Assembly (NCBI RefSeq): GCF_039541115.1
Contig: NZ_BAABFP010000002.1
Location: 868,001 to 932,000 of the forward strand
DNA: 64,000 nt
From: Angustibacter luteus
GTDB taxonomy: Bacteria > Actinomycetota > Actinomycetes > Actinomycetales > Angustibacteraceae
Direction: 5' to 3'
Shown: piece after piece, positions 31,936-41,162 of the stretch
Layout of the letters: each line of letters starts with the position of its first letter
Position numbering within the stretch: position 1 is the stretch's first letter
Program-made: the position numbers and the translations under genes
Notes under the pieces: model-generated
What the model saw: only the letters and a program-made list of their open reading frames with translations
Told to the model about the DNA's origin: nothing
The model's database searches: none

Positions 31936-32145
31936 ATGTCCTTCACCTGTGACTCCTGCCGCCGGCGGGCCAACGGCACCGGCCAGCGCACCGTGACCGG
32001 GCGGGTGCTCTGCGCGTCCTGCCACGACACGCTCACCGGGATGGCCGCCGGGATCGTCGCCGGCGGTGGGACCGCGGAGGCGATCGCCACCGCGGGCTGG
32101 TTCAGCCGACTGCGCGCGCGTCGCCGCCCGCGCGGAGACGGCTAG
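31936..32145 (+). CDS. Small hypothetical protein with two CxxC motifs
   Basis: MSFTCDSCRRR...VLCASCHD followed by a hydrophobic Gly/Ala segment; fills the gap between MFS and the next gene. Confidence 0.55.
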   Translation: MSFTCDSCRRRANGTGQRTVTGRVLCASCHDTLTGMAAGIVAGGGTAEAIATAGWFSRLRARRRPRGDG

Positions 32146-32154
32146 CCCCCCGAC

Positions 32155-32349
32155 TCAGCGGGCGGAACGCCGGCGCAGCCCGGAGGCCACCATGCCCAGG
32201 CCGAGCAGCGCGACCACCGGCCCGACGACCGCCCACAGCGTCTCGCCGGACATGCCGCTGCCGCCGATCCACCCCATGCCCTGCCCGAACCAGAGCGCAC
32301 CGACCACGACGAGCAGCACGCCGACCAGGATCCGCACCACGTCACTCAC
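32155..32349 (-). CDS. Small two-TM membrane protein
   Basis: 64 aa; GALWFGQGMGWIGGSGMSG between two TM helices; overlaps the stop of the upstream gene. Confidence 0.75.
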   Translation of the reverse strand: MSDVVRILVGVLLVVVGALWFGQGMGWIGGSGMSGETLWAVVGPVVALLGLGMVASGLRRRSAR

Positions 32350-33577
32350 CCTCTCGTTCCACCGACAACGTCAGACCAGCCACGCGCAGGCGCTGCACGA
32401 GCGCGTCGCCGATGCCGGTAGCCGGGGTCAGCACGCCCGCAGCCTCCGGCAGACCAGAACCCTCGGCCAGCGCCAGCGCGCTCTCGCCGAGCATCACGGC
32501 GGTGGCCGCATAGCCTGGATCACCTTGCGCCGCAACGGTTGCGACGTAGTCGACGCCGGACGTCGTGGTGCTGCGCACCCGCATCCGGAAGAACCCGGCG
32601 GCACGCTTCTCGGCACTCGGCCCCTCCCCCGGCGAGGGCAGCAGCCGGTCGACGAGCCCGCGCATCCGGGGCTTCTGCATCCCCGCCAGCACCCCACCCA
32701 GAACGCCGGTGACGGCGTTCGCGGTCACCCGCGCCCTGGTCCCGCGGCCGTACCCGGCGAGCTCGCGGTAGCGGAACGAGCGGCCGTAGGCCCAGCCCTG
32801 CAACGCGTTGCTGCGCCGCACGATCCGGGTGTTGAACGACGCCATCACGAACGGTCCGACCCAGCCGCCGAGCAGGTCGGACTCGAACACCGCCACCCGG
32901 TCCCGCTCGTCGCCGAGGTCGGGCTCGTCGTCCCGGTCGGGGCTGAGGGCGTACGGGTCGACGACGATGCGCCGCAACGACTTCTCGGACTGCACCGCCT
33001 CGACCTGGGCGCGCATCGAGTCGATCGTGCCGCCGCTGAAGCCGCCCTTCATGACCGCGACGAGCGTGGTGTCGGTGAGCTCGCCGGCGCCATCGGCGGC
33101 CGCCGCCTGGTGCAGCAGCAGCACACCGAGGTCCGAGGGGATCGAGTCGAAGCCGCACGCGTGCACGATGCGCGCGCCACTGGCCCGGGCGGACTCGTCG
33201 ACCGCGTCGATGCTGGCCCGCACGAACAGCACCTCACCGGTCAGGTCCGCGTAGTGGGTGCCGGCCGCCGCGCACGCCTTGGCCAGCGGCAGCCCGTACC
33301 TCAGGTACGGACCGACCGTGGTCGCCACCACCCGGGTGCGCCCCGCCAGCTCGGCCAGCGCGTCGTCGTCCGCGCCGTCGGCGACGATCAGCGGCCAGTC
33401 CCGAGCGCGCTCCCCGAGCGTGCGGCGCACGGCCTCGAGCCGCTCCAGTGACCGGCCCCCGAGACCGATCCGCAGACTGGCCGGGGCGTGCTCGGCCAGG
33501 TAGTCGGCCACCAGCCGGCCGACGAAGCCGGTGGCCCCGAACACAACGACGTCCAGGTCTCGCTCGCGTGGGCTCAT
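32342..33577 (-). CDS. Saccharopine dehydrogenase-like / trans-acting enoyl reductase family oxidoreductase
   Basis: VVFGATGFVG, TTVGPY, YADLTGE, CGFDSIPSD, GDPGY, GVLTPA. Confidence 0.9.
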   Translation of the reverse strand: MSPRERDLDVVVFGATGFVGRLVADYLAEHAPASLRIGLGGRSLERLEAVRRTLGERARDWPLIVADGADDDALAELAGRTRVVATTVGPYLRYGLPLAKACAAAGTHYADLTGEVLFVRASIDAVDESARASGARIVHACGFDSIPSDLGVLLLHQAAAADGAGELTDTTLVAVMKGGFSGGTIDSMRAQVEAVQSEKSLRRIVVDPYALSPDRDDEPDLGDERDRVAVFESDLLGGWVGPFVMASFNTRIVRRSNALQGWAYGRSFRYRELAGYGRGTRARVTANAVTGVLGGVLAGMQKPRMRGLVDRLLPSPGEGPSAEKRAAGFFRMRVRSTTTSGVDYVATVAAQGDPGYAATAVMLGESALALAEGSGLPEAAGVLTPATGIGDALVQRLRVAGLTLSVEREGE

Positions 33578-36500
33578 GCAGCGACGATGGCACGGTGGAT
33601 GCGCTGGGGCGACACGGGGTAGGCGGTGCGCATCGTCGGGGCGAACAGGCTGACCCGTAGCTCCTCGAGCATCCAGCGCACCTCACGCAGCGCCGGGGAC
33701 GGCTCACGCCCGGGCGGCAGGGCCGCCAGCGCCTTCTCGAGCTCGTCGGCGGCCATCTCCACCTGGGACTGCGAGCCGCGGTCGCGCGCCGGGTCGGTGG
33801 GGAGCCGGTCGAGCCGGACGGCCATCGCCTTGAGGTAGCGCAGCAGGTCGGGCAGCCGGGCGGCCCCCGCCTCTCGCACGAAGCCGGGGTGCACGAGCCC
33901 GTCCAGCTGGGACTGCAGGTCGTGCATGGCCGGGAGCAAGGTCATGGACGTCGTCCCGCGCAGCCGGGACTGGACGTCGTACGCCGCCGCCAGCACCTGC
34001 TCGACCTGCTCCACGACCGCCAGGGTGCGCTGGTCCAGCCCGCGGCCCACGACGTCACGCACGGCCGCGAAGGACGCCTTGTCCCGCACCGAGTCCGCAC
34101 CACCCGCCTCGGCCACGAGCGCGTCCACCGCGGCATCCGTGCAGTCGTCGACGAGCTCCGTCGCCGTGGCGTGCTTGGCCCGGGACAGCACCAGCTTGCT
34201 CGCGTTGGACAGCTGCGACAGCACGTACGGCACCGGCGAGCGGGCCGACGACCGCAGCAGGCGCCGGACGCCGGCGGTGTGCGCCGCCCGCGCCTCGCCG
34301 GGCGTCGTCAGCACCCGGACCGCGACCGTCTCGCCCTCGTCGACGAGGGCGGGGAACCCGACGACCTCGTGGCCGTCCACGACGGTACGGTGCTCGGTCG
34401 GCAGGACGTCGATCGTCCAGTCCTGCAGGCCCGTCCGCTCGATGCTGTCCGGACGCCGCGCGATGGCCGCGCGCAGCTGGGGCTGCAGCCGGTGCTGCAG
34501 GGCGGGCAGGTCCTGCCCCTCGCCCAGGACGCGACCGCGGTCGTCCTCGACCCGGAACGTCACCCGCAGGTGGGCCGGCAGCGCATCCGGCGACCAGTCG
34601 TCGGCACCGATCCGGGTGCCGGTGAGGTCCTCCAGGGCGCCGGCCAGGACGTCGAGCAGCGGCCCGTCCGCCGGACCGACCCGGGCCAGCACGTCGGCTG
34701 CCCGGTCCGGCGCCGGGATCAGGCTGCGCCGCAACGACTTCGGCAGCCCGCGGATCAGCGCGGTGACGAGCTCGAGGCGCAGGCCAGGGATCTGCCAGTC
34801 GAACGGCCGGGTCGTCAGCTGGCCCAGCACCGGGAGCGGCACGTGCACGGTCACCCCGTCTGCCGCGGTGCCGGGCTCGAACTGGTAGGTCACCGCCAGC
34901 TCGACGCCACCGGCGGCCCAGGTGGTCGGGTACGCGTCGTCGTCCACCGCTCCCGCCTCGTCGCGCACCAGCAGGTCGGGCGTGAACGACAGCAGCTCGG
35001 GCTCCTCGTGGCGGCGCTGCTTCCACCACGCGTCGAAGTGCCGGCCGGACACCACGTCCGCTGGGACACGCGCGTCGTAGAACTCGAAGATCACCTCGTC
35101 ATCGACCAGCAGGTCGCGTCGGCGGGTGCGCTGCTCGAGTGCCTCGACGTCGGCGAGCAGCTCGCGGTTGCGGCGGAAGAACCGGTGGTCCGTGCGCCAG
35201 TCGCCCTCGACCAGGGCGTGCCGGATGAACAGCTCGCGAGCCAGCTCCGGGTCGACCTGGCCGTAGCCGACCAGCCGGTCCACCACCAGCGGGACGCCGT
35301 ACAGCAGGACCCGTTCGCGGGCCATCACCGCTGCCCGCTTGCTGCTCCAGTGCGGTTCGCTGTAGGTCCGGGTGATCAGGTGCGGCGCCAGGGCTTCGGC
35401 CCACTCCGGCTCGATCCGGGCGACCGTGCGGCCCCACAGGCGGGACGTCTCCACGAGCTCGGCCGCCATGACCAGGGTCGGCGGCTTGCGGGCCACGGCG
35501 GACCCGGGCCAGATCGCGAAGCGCGCCCCACGCGCGCCGAGGTAGTCGCGCTGCACCGTGTCGCGCAGGCCGACGTGCGAGAGCAGGCCGGACAGCAGCG
35601 CGCGGTGCAGGCGGTCGGCGTCCACCGACCCGTCCTCGTGCAGCCCGCTGGACCGCGCCAGCCCGAGCTGCTTGACCACCTGCTTGAGCTGGGCGTGCAC
35701 GTCCTGCCACTCGCGGACCCGCAGGTAGTGCAGGTACTCGCTGCGGCACATCCGACGGAAAGCATTGCCGGACAGCGCCTTCTGCTGCTCGCGCAGGTAC
35801 TCCCACAGGTTCAGCCAGGACAGGAAGTCCGACGTCGGGTCGCGGAACCGGGCGTGCTGCTGGTCCGCCTGGGCCTGTGCGTCCGGCGGGCGTTCCCGCG
35901 GATCCTGGATCGACAGGGCCGCGGCCACGACGAGCACCTCGCGCAGGCACCCTTCACGATCGGCCTCGATGACCATGCGGGCCAGGCGCGGGTCCAGGGG
36001 GAGCTGGGCGAGCTGGCGACCGGAGTGGGTGAGCCGCTTGCGCGGGTCGGGCTGGTCGGGGTCGATGGCGCCGAGCTCGTGCAGCAGCTGGATGCCGTCG
36101 CGCACGCTGCGCCGGTCGGGCGGCTCGACGAACGGGAACGCACCGATGTCCCCCAGGCCGATCGAGGTCATCTGGAGGATGACCGAGGCCAGGTTGGTGC
36201 GCAGGATCTCCGGTTCGGTGAACTCGGGCCGGGCCTCGAAGTCCTCCTGGCTGTAGAGCCGGATGCAGATCCCCTCGGCGACCCGGCCGCACCGCCCGGC
36301 GCGCTGGTTCGCGGATGCCTGGGACACCTTCTCGATCGGCAGGCGCTGGACCTTCAACCGCCTGCTGTAGCGGGAGATCCGGGCCGTTCCGGGGTCGACG
36401 ACGTACCGGATCCCCGGCACGGTCAGCGAGGTCTCGGCGACGTTGGTGGCCAGCACGACCCGACGTCCGGTGTGCGGCTGGAACACCCGGTGCTGCTCGG

Positions 36501-37398
36501 CGGACGACAGCCGCGCGTACAGCGGGATGACCTCGGTGAACCGCAGCTCCAACGCGCGCAACGCCTCTGCGGCGTCGCGGATCTCGCGCTCACCCGACAG
36601 GAACACCAGGATGTCGCCCGGACCGTCACCGGTGAGCTCGACGACCGCGTCACAGATGGCCTGCACCTGGTCGCGGTCGGGGTCGGCGTCCGGGTCGTCT
36701 GGGTCGACGACCGGCCGGTAGCGCAGCTCGACCGGATAGGTGCGGCCGGAGACCTCGATCACCGGCGCGTCGTCGAAGTGCCGGGAGAAGCGCTGGGGGT
36801 CGATGGTCGCCGACGTGATCACGAGCTTGAGGTCGGGCCGGCGCGGCAGCAGCTGCTTGAGGTAGCCGAGCAGGAAGTCCACGTTGAGGCTGCGTTCGTG
36901 CGCCTCGTCGATGATGATCGTGTCGTAGCGGGTCAGCATCCGGTCCCGTTGGATCTCGGCGAGCAGGATGCCGTCGGTCATGACCCGCACCAACGTGTTC
37001 GGGCCCGCGCGGTCGGTGAACCGCACGCTCCAGCCGACCTGCTCGCCGACGTCGACCCCGAGCTCCTCGGCGATCCGCTCGCTCACCGTGCGAGCGGCGA
37101 TCCGGCGCGGCTGCGTGTGCCCGATCATGCCCTCGACACCGCGTCCGAGCTCGAGGCAGATCTTCGGCAGCTGGGTCGTCTTGCCCGACCCGGTCTCCCC
37201 CGCGACGATCACCACCTGGTGGTCGCGGATGAGCGCGGCGATCTCGTCCCGCACCGCACTGACCGGCAGGTCCGGGTAGGCGATCACCGGGATGGTCGCG
37301 CGGCGCGCCTCGACCTGCGCCGGGGTCAGCCGCGGCCGGCGGTCCCTGTGCGGGCCTCGCCCACTCCGCCGCCGCTGCTGACCCACGACGTCCACCAT
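33574..37398 (-). CDS. hrpA: ATP-dependent RNA helicase HrpA
   Basis: GETGSGKTTQLPK, HTQPRRIAA, DEAHERS, SAT, TNVAETSLT, QRAGRCGR, C-terminal WMLEELRVSLFA. Exact start uncertain. Confidence 0.96.
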   Translation of the reverse strand: MVDVVGQQRRRSGRGPHRDRRPRLTPAQVEARRATIPVIAYPDLPVSAVRDEIAALIRDHQVVIVAGETGSGKTTQLPKICLELGRGVEGMIGHTQPRRIAARTVSERIAEELGVDVGEQVGWSVRFTDRAGPNTLVRVMTDGILLAEIQRDRMLTRYDTIIIDEAHERSLNVDFLLGYLKQLLPRRPDLKLVITSATIDPQRFSRHFDDAPVIEVSGRTYPVELRYRPVVDPDDPDADPDRDQVQAICDAVVELTGDGPGDILVFLSGEREIRDAAEALRALELRFTEVIPLYARLSSAEQHRVFQPHTGRRVVLATNVAETSLTVPGIRYVVDPGTARISRYSRRLKVQRLPIEKVSQASANQRAGRCGRVAEGICIRLYSQEDFEARPEFTEPEILRTNLASVILQMTSIGLGDIGAFPFVEPPDRRSVRDGIQLLHELGAIDPDQPDPRKRLTHSGRQLAQLPLDPRLARMVIEADREGCLREVLVVAAALSIQDPRERPPDAQAQADQQHARFRDPTSDFLSWLNLWEYLREQQKALSGNAFRRMCRSEYLHYLRVREWQDVHAQLKQVVKQLGLARSSGLHEDGSVDADRLHRALLSGLLSHVGLRDTVQRDYLGARGARFAIWPGSAVARKPPTLVMAAELVETSRLWGRTVARIEPEWAEALAPHLITRTYSEPHWSSKRAAVMARERVLLYGVPLVVDRLVGYGQVDPELARELFIRHALVEGDWRTDHRFFRRNRELLADVEALEQRTRRRDLLVDDEVIFEFYDARVPADVVSGRHFDAWWKQRRHEEPELLSFTPDLLVRDEAGAVDDDAYPTTWAAGGVELAVTYQFEPGTAADGVTVHVPLPVLGQLTTRPFDWQIPGLRLELVTALIRGLPKSLRRSLIPAPDRAADVLARVGPADGPLLDVLAGALEDLTGTRIGADDWSPDALPAHLRVTFRVEDDRGRVLGEGQDLPALQHRLQPQLRAAIARRPDSIERTGLQDWTIDVLPTEHRTVVDGHEVVGFPALVDEGETVAVRVLTTPGEARAAHTAGVRRLLRSSARSPVPYVLSQLSNASKLVLSRAKHATATELVDDCTDAAVDALVAEAGGADSVRDKASFAAVRDVVGRGLDQRTLAVVEQVEQVLAAAYDVQSRLRGTTSMTLLPAMHDLQSQLDGLVHPGFVREAGAARLPDLLRYLKAMAVRLDRLPTDPARDRGSQSQVEMAADELEKALAALPPGREPSPALREVRWMLEELRVSLFAPTMRTAYPVSPQRIHRAIVAA

Positions 37399-37428
37399 AG
37401 GCGCGCCGCGCAACCCGTTTCCGGAACG

Positions 37429-37494
37429 GGGCGAACGTGCATGATCACGCCGAAGGGGCGGCGCCGCCGCTGCGATGATCATGCACGTTCGCCC
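37429..37494. repeat. REP-like palindrome, family A copy 2 (arms in opposite order)
   Basis: GGGCGAACGTGCATGATCA (37429-37447) ... TGATCATGCACGTTCGCCC (37476-37494). Confidence 0.88.
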
Positions 37495-37507
37495 GCCGTC
37501 AGGGGCG

Positions 37508-37924
37508 TCAGCTGTTCTTCCTGGCCTCGCGGCGCTCCTTGCGCGCATCCCGAACCTGCTGTCGGAACTCGTGCCAGGCCTTCGCGTCCGCCGGGTGCGC
37601 CTTCGCCCACGCCTTCAGCTCGGCCTTGCGCTGGTCCGGCGTCATCCCGGCGACCTTGGTGAGCTCGGCGACGACGGCCGGGTGGGCATCGGCGAACCGC
37701 TGCCACGTGTCGAGCCGGTTCGCGAGCGCCGTCCCGGCCTTGGGGTGCACGGCCAGGAAACCGCACAGCTCCTTCTGCTGCGCGTCGGTCAGACCCTTGA
37801 AGGGCGCGGACGACGAGGTCGGCGTCGGCGTCGGACTGCTGCCGGACGCCATGGCCGGCACGGCGACGGCTCCCCCGGCGATGACGGCGGCGGCCGCCAC
37901 GGCCGCGATGGTGGTACGTCGCAT
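37508..37924 (-). CDS. Secreted small helical protein, hemophore (Rv0203/MHB)-like
   Basis: Sec signal MRRTTIAAVAAAAVIAGG...AMA; three aromatic-x-x-x-HP repeats (FLAVHP, FADAHP, WAKAHP); GAGGAG SD. Confidence 0.7.
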   Translation of the reverse strand: MRRTTIAAVAAAAVIAGGAVAVPAMASGSSPTPTPTSSSAPFKGLTDAQQKELCGFLAVHPKAGTALANRLDTWQRFADAHPAVVAELTKVAGMTPDQRKAELKAWAKAHPADAKAWHEFRQQVRDARKERREARKNS

Positions 37925-38042
37925 CTGAACTCCTCGCGCTGTCGGTGGACGCCGCCGGTCGCGGCGCCGTGATCGACGGTAGGGGCGTGGTGTGCGACGC
38001 CTGTTGGTCGAATGTTCGGGGTGTGTGAGCGATGCTGGGGCG

Positions 38043-38516
38043 GTGACGAGGCGCAGCGCGGGGATCCTGCTGCATCGCCGCGGGCCGGACGGCGCGCCGC
38101 AGGTGCTGCTCGGGCACATGGGCGGCCCGTTCTGGGCGCGCAAGGACGACGCGGCGTGGTCGATCCCGAAGGGCGAGTACGGCGACGACGAGCGCGCCGA
38201 GGACGCCGCCCGGCGCGAGTTCGTCGAGGAGCTCGGTCTCGCCGTCCCGCCGGGGGACCTGCGCCTGCTGGGCGACCTCACGGTGTCCGGGGGCAAGGTG
38301 CTCACCGTGTGGGCGCTCGAGGGCGATCTGGACGTCGCCGCCGTCGTCCCGGGCACGTTCGAGCTGGAGTGGCCGCCACGCTCCGGCACCGTGCGGGAGT
38401 TCCCCGAGATCGACCGGGCCGAGTGGTTCGAGCTGGACGTGGCGGCGACCAAGCTGGTCAAGGGTCAGCGGCCCTACCTCGACCGGCTCGTCGCCGCCCT
38501 CACCCCCGACGTGTGA
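38043..38516 (+). CDS. NUDIX hydrolase
   Basis: SAGILL, HMGGPFW, WSIPKGEY...AARREFVEELG Nudix box, EWPPRSG..FPEIDR. Confidence 0.92.
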   Translation: MTRRSAGILLHRRGPDGAPQVLLGHMGGPFWARKDDAAWSIPKGEYGDDERAEDAARREFVEELGLAVPPGDLRLLGDLTVSGGKVLTVWALEGDLDVAAVVPGTFELEWPPRSGTVREFPEIDRAEWFELDVAATKLVKGQRPYLDRLVAALTPDV

Positions 38517-38540
38517 CGGTGCGTGCGGGACGGGTCCCCG

Positions 38541-39149
38541 TCAGGTGGCGTACTTCCACTCCGCCGGGTGCTTCGGCGACGAGCCCTTCGGGTTGTGGCC
38601 GCCGCGATCTCGCGAGTCCACGTGGATCACCTTGCTGGTGGACTGCTTGAACCCGAGCCCGGCGAAGAGCTGCAGCTTCTCCTTCTGGTCCACCGTGAGC
38701 TGGCCGTCGATGTCGGACGCCGCACCGAACAGGTGCTGGCTGGACGAGACGCCACCCACCTTCTTGTTGTACTGCTTGCAGCGGCACCCAGACACGATCC
38801 GGATCGCCTTGTCGCCGATCTCGTGCCGGTAGGCCTCGAGGCGGCGCACGTGCGTACGCAGCATCCAGATGCGCCGGCAGCTGTCGAAGACGCCGCCGTC
38901 CTTGCAGCGGAACTCCAGGTACGAGAAGTGCGCGCTCATGTCGGGCTTGTGCGCCTTGTGCCGCGCGTACGAGATCCGCAGCGCGTCGCTGGTCTTCGGA
39001 CCGAACGTGCTGTCCACCTTCAGCGCCGGGCCGAGGTTCCACCCCCGCTGGAAGCCGTTCACCGCAATGGTGAAGTGCTTGTTCGCGTTGTCGAAGCCCA
39101 GCCTGGTCAGCATCGCCTTCGCCTGGGCATTCGTCAGCTGAGCAGCCAT
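38541..39149 (-). CDS. Peptidase M15A-type (D-Ala-D-Ala carboxypeptidase fold) with N-terminal peptidoglycan-binding domain
   Basis: AV.GFQ..LKVD..FGPKT PG-binding motif; HFSYLEFRCK, IVSGCRC...N..VGG...SQHLFGAASDI, IHVD Zn ligands. Confidence 0.85.
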   Translation of the reverse strand: MAAQLTNAQAKAMLTRLGFDNANKHFTIAVNGFQRGWNLGPALKVDSTFGPKTSDALRISYARHKAHKPDMSAHFSYLEFRCKDGGVFDSCRRIWMLRTHVRRLEAYRHEIGDKAIRIVSGCRCKQYNKKVGGVSSSQHLFGAASDIDGQLTVDQKEKLQLFAGLGFKQSTSKVIHVDSRDRGGHNPKGSSPKHPAEWKYAT

Positions 39150-39532
39150 CACGCACCCCCGGGCGAGGCGACGTCGTCGAAGAAGTCGACGTCGAGGCCG
39201 AGGATGTCGGCCTCGGTGAAGCCGGTGACGTCCGCAGCGTCGAGGTCCGCGTCGTCCACGAGACCGTCGATCGTGTCGTCGTCCGGCAGGTCCTCGTCCG
39301 GGTCGTCGTCCTGGCCGTCCACCACCAGCGGCGCGTCCGGGTCCACGTCCGGGTCGAAGTCCGGGTCCGCCGTGTCCGGCTGGTCGATCCCGGCGCCGAC
39401 CTCCGTGAGGAAGTCGGACTCCTGAACGGCGACCACCGCCGGGAGCTGCTGTGGATCCTCGACCGGCTCTAGCGGGCCAACCACGAACATGGAGTCACTT
39501 CGGTCGACTCCACCACTCTCGTCGTCCTTCAT
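39149..39532 (-). CDS. Hyper-acidic hypothetical protein
   Basis: GGAGG SD 9 nt before ATG 39532; about one third Asp/Glu; TGATG stop/start overlap with the peptidase. Confidence 0.65.
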   Translation of the reverse strand: MKDDESGGVDRSDSMFVVGPLEPVEDPQQLPAVVAVQESDFLTEVGAGIDQPDTADPDFDPDVDPDAPLVVDGQDDDPDEDLPDDDTIDGLVDDADLDAADVTGFTEADILGLDVDFFDDVASPGGA

Positions 39533-39601
39533 GCCCATCGACCTCCCCTGGCCGCATCCATGGAACTCCTGTCCGGGAGCGGGCACAAGCGAAATGACGA
39601 T

Positions 39602-40651
39602 CTACGCGAGGACGGTCGTCACCGGCATCGAGGAGTCCGCGGGCAGGTCCAGCGCGGACGGCGCGCGCCCCCGCCGCACCATCGAGGAGCCCAGCGCGGC
39701 GACCATCGCGCCGTTGTCGGTGCACAAACCGGGACGAGGTACCCGCAGCGTGATGCCGGCCGCCGCGCACCGCTCGGCCGCCATGGCCCGCAGCCGCGAG
39801 TTCGCCGCCACGCCCCCGCCGACCAGCAGCGTGTCGACGCCCTCGGACCGGCAGGCGGCCACCGCCTTGCGGGTCAGCACGTCGACCACGGCCTCCTGGA
39901 AGCTGGCCGCCACGTCCGCCACCGGCACCGGCTCACCGGAGGCCGCCCGCTGCTCCACCCACCGGGCCACCGCGGTCTTCAGGCCCGAGAACGAGAAGTC
40001 GTAGCGGTAGCGCTCGAGGTCCTTGGGCCGGGACAGCCCGCGCGGGAACCCGATCGCGGCCGGGTCGCCGTCGCGGGCCACCCGGTCGATGTGCGGTCCC
40101 CCTGGGAACGGCAGCCCGAGCAGGCGGGCCACCTTGTCGAACGCCTCGCCGGCTGCGTCGTCGATGGTGGCGCCCAGCGGCCGGACGTCCCCGGTCACGT
40201 CCGGGACGAGCAGCAGCGACGAGTGCCCGCCGGACACCAGCAGGGCCATCGTCGGCTCGGGCAGGGGGCCGTGCTCGAGCTGGTCGACGGCCACGTGCGC
40301 GGCCAGGTGGTTCACCCCGTACAGGGGCTTGCCCAGCGCGATCGCGAGGCCCTTCGCCGCAGCGACGCCCACCAGCAGGGCGCCCATCAGACCGGGGCCG
40401 CTGGTGACGGCCAGGGCGTCGACGTCGTCCAGCCGGACTCCGGCCTCGCGGCACGCGCGCTCGATGGTCGGGGCCATCGCCTCGAGGTGAGCGCGGCTGG
40501 CCACCTCGGGCACCACGCCGCCGAACCGGGCGTGCTGCTCGACGCTGCTGGCCACCGCGTCGACGAGCAGCGTCTCCCCGCGCACGATGCCGACCCCGGT
40601 CTCGTCGCACGAGGTCTCGATGCCGAGGACCAGCGGGGCGTCAGCGTTCAT
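39602..40651 (-). CDS. tsaD: tRNA N6-adenosine threonylcarbamoyltransferase TsaD
   Basis: [58 protein letters not shown]. Confidence 0.98.
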   Translation of the reverse strand: MNADAPLVLGIETSCDETGVGIVRGETLLVDAVASSVEQHARFGGVVPEVASRAHLEAMAPTIERACREAGVRLDDVDALAVTSGPGLMGALLVGVAAAKGLAIALGKPLYGVNHLAAHVAVDQLEHGPLPEPTMALLVSGGHSSLLLVPDVTGDVRPLGATIDDAAGEAFDKVARLLGLPFPGGPHIDRVARDGDPAAIGFPRGLSRPKDLERYRYDFSFSGLKTAVARWVEQRAASGEPVPVADVAASFQEAVVDVLTRKAVAACRSEGVDTLLVGGGVAANSRLRAMAAERCAAAGITLRVPRPGLCTDNGAMVAALGSSMVRRGRAPSALDLPADSSMPVTTVLA

Positions 40652-41162
40652 CGCGGTCACCTGTCGAGGCTAACCGCAGCTGCATCACCCAGGCGTCCGC
40701 GGGCCCGTCCGGAGTCCGGTAGTAGTCGCGCCGGACGGCGATCCGCTCGAACCCGACACCGTGGTAGACCCGTTGTGCAGCAGCGTTGTCCGCCCGCACC
40801 TCAAGCATCATCCGGGCTGCGCCCCGCCCTTCGGCGAGCGCGACGAGCTGCTGCACCAGGAGGCGCCCGAGACCCTGGCCCTGCCGGGTGGGTGCCACCG
40901 CCACGGTCATCACGTCGGCGACGCCACCCGCGACCGACACCCCGGCGTACCCGTCGAGGCCCTCTGGGCCCTTAAGGCCCTCGAGCACCAGGTAGTCACG
41001 CTGCCCTGAGGGGCCGGACTGCGCGAGCTCGGCCCAGAACGTCTCGGCACTCCAGGCCTCGTGGGCGAAGAGCGCGTCCTCCAGCGGCAGCAGGGCCTCG
41101 ACGTCCCACCAGCGCATCCGGCGAACGGACGGCGCCCGGGGGTCTGGGCCGGGCCCGGTCAT
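40641..41162 (-). CDS. rimI: Ribosomal-protein-alanine N-acetyltransferase RimI
   Basis: [25 protein letters not shown]...GF, RRDYY; position between tsaB and tsaD. Confidence 0.92.
   Translation of the reverse strand: MTGPGPDPRAPSVRRMRWWDVEALLPLEDALFAHEAWSAETFWAELAQSGPSGQRDYLVLEGLKGPEGLDGYAGVSVAGGVADVMTVAVAPTRQGQGLGRLLVQQLVALAEGRGAARMMLEVRADNAAAQRVYHGVGFERIAVRRDYYRTPDGPADAWVMQLRLASTGDRDER

Noticed and set aside
38541..39532. Prophage remnant suggested by the endolysin-like gene
   Set aside because: No integrase, holin, structural genes or att-like repeats; flanks are NUDIX and tsaD.
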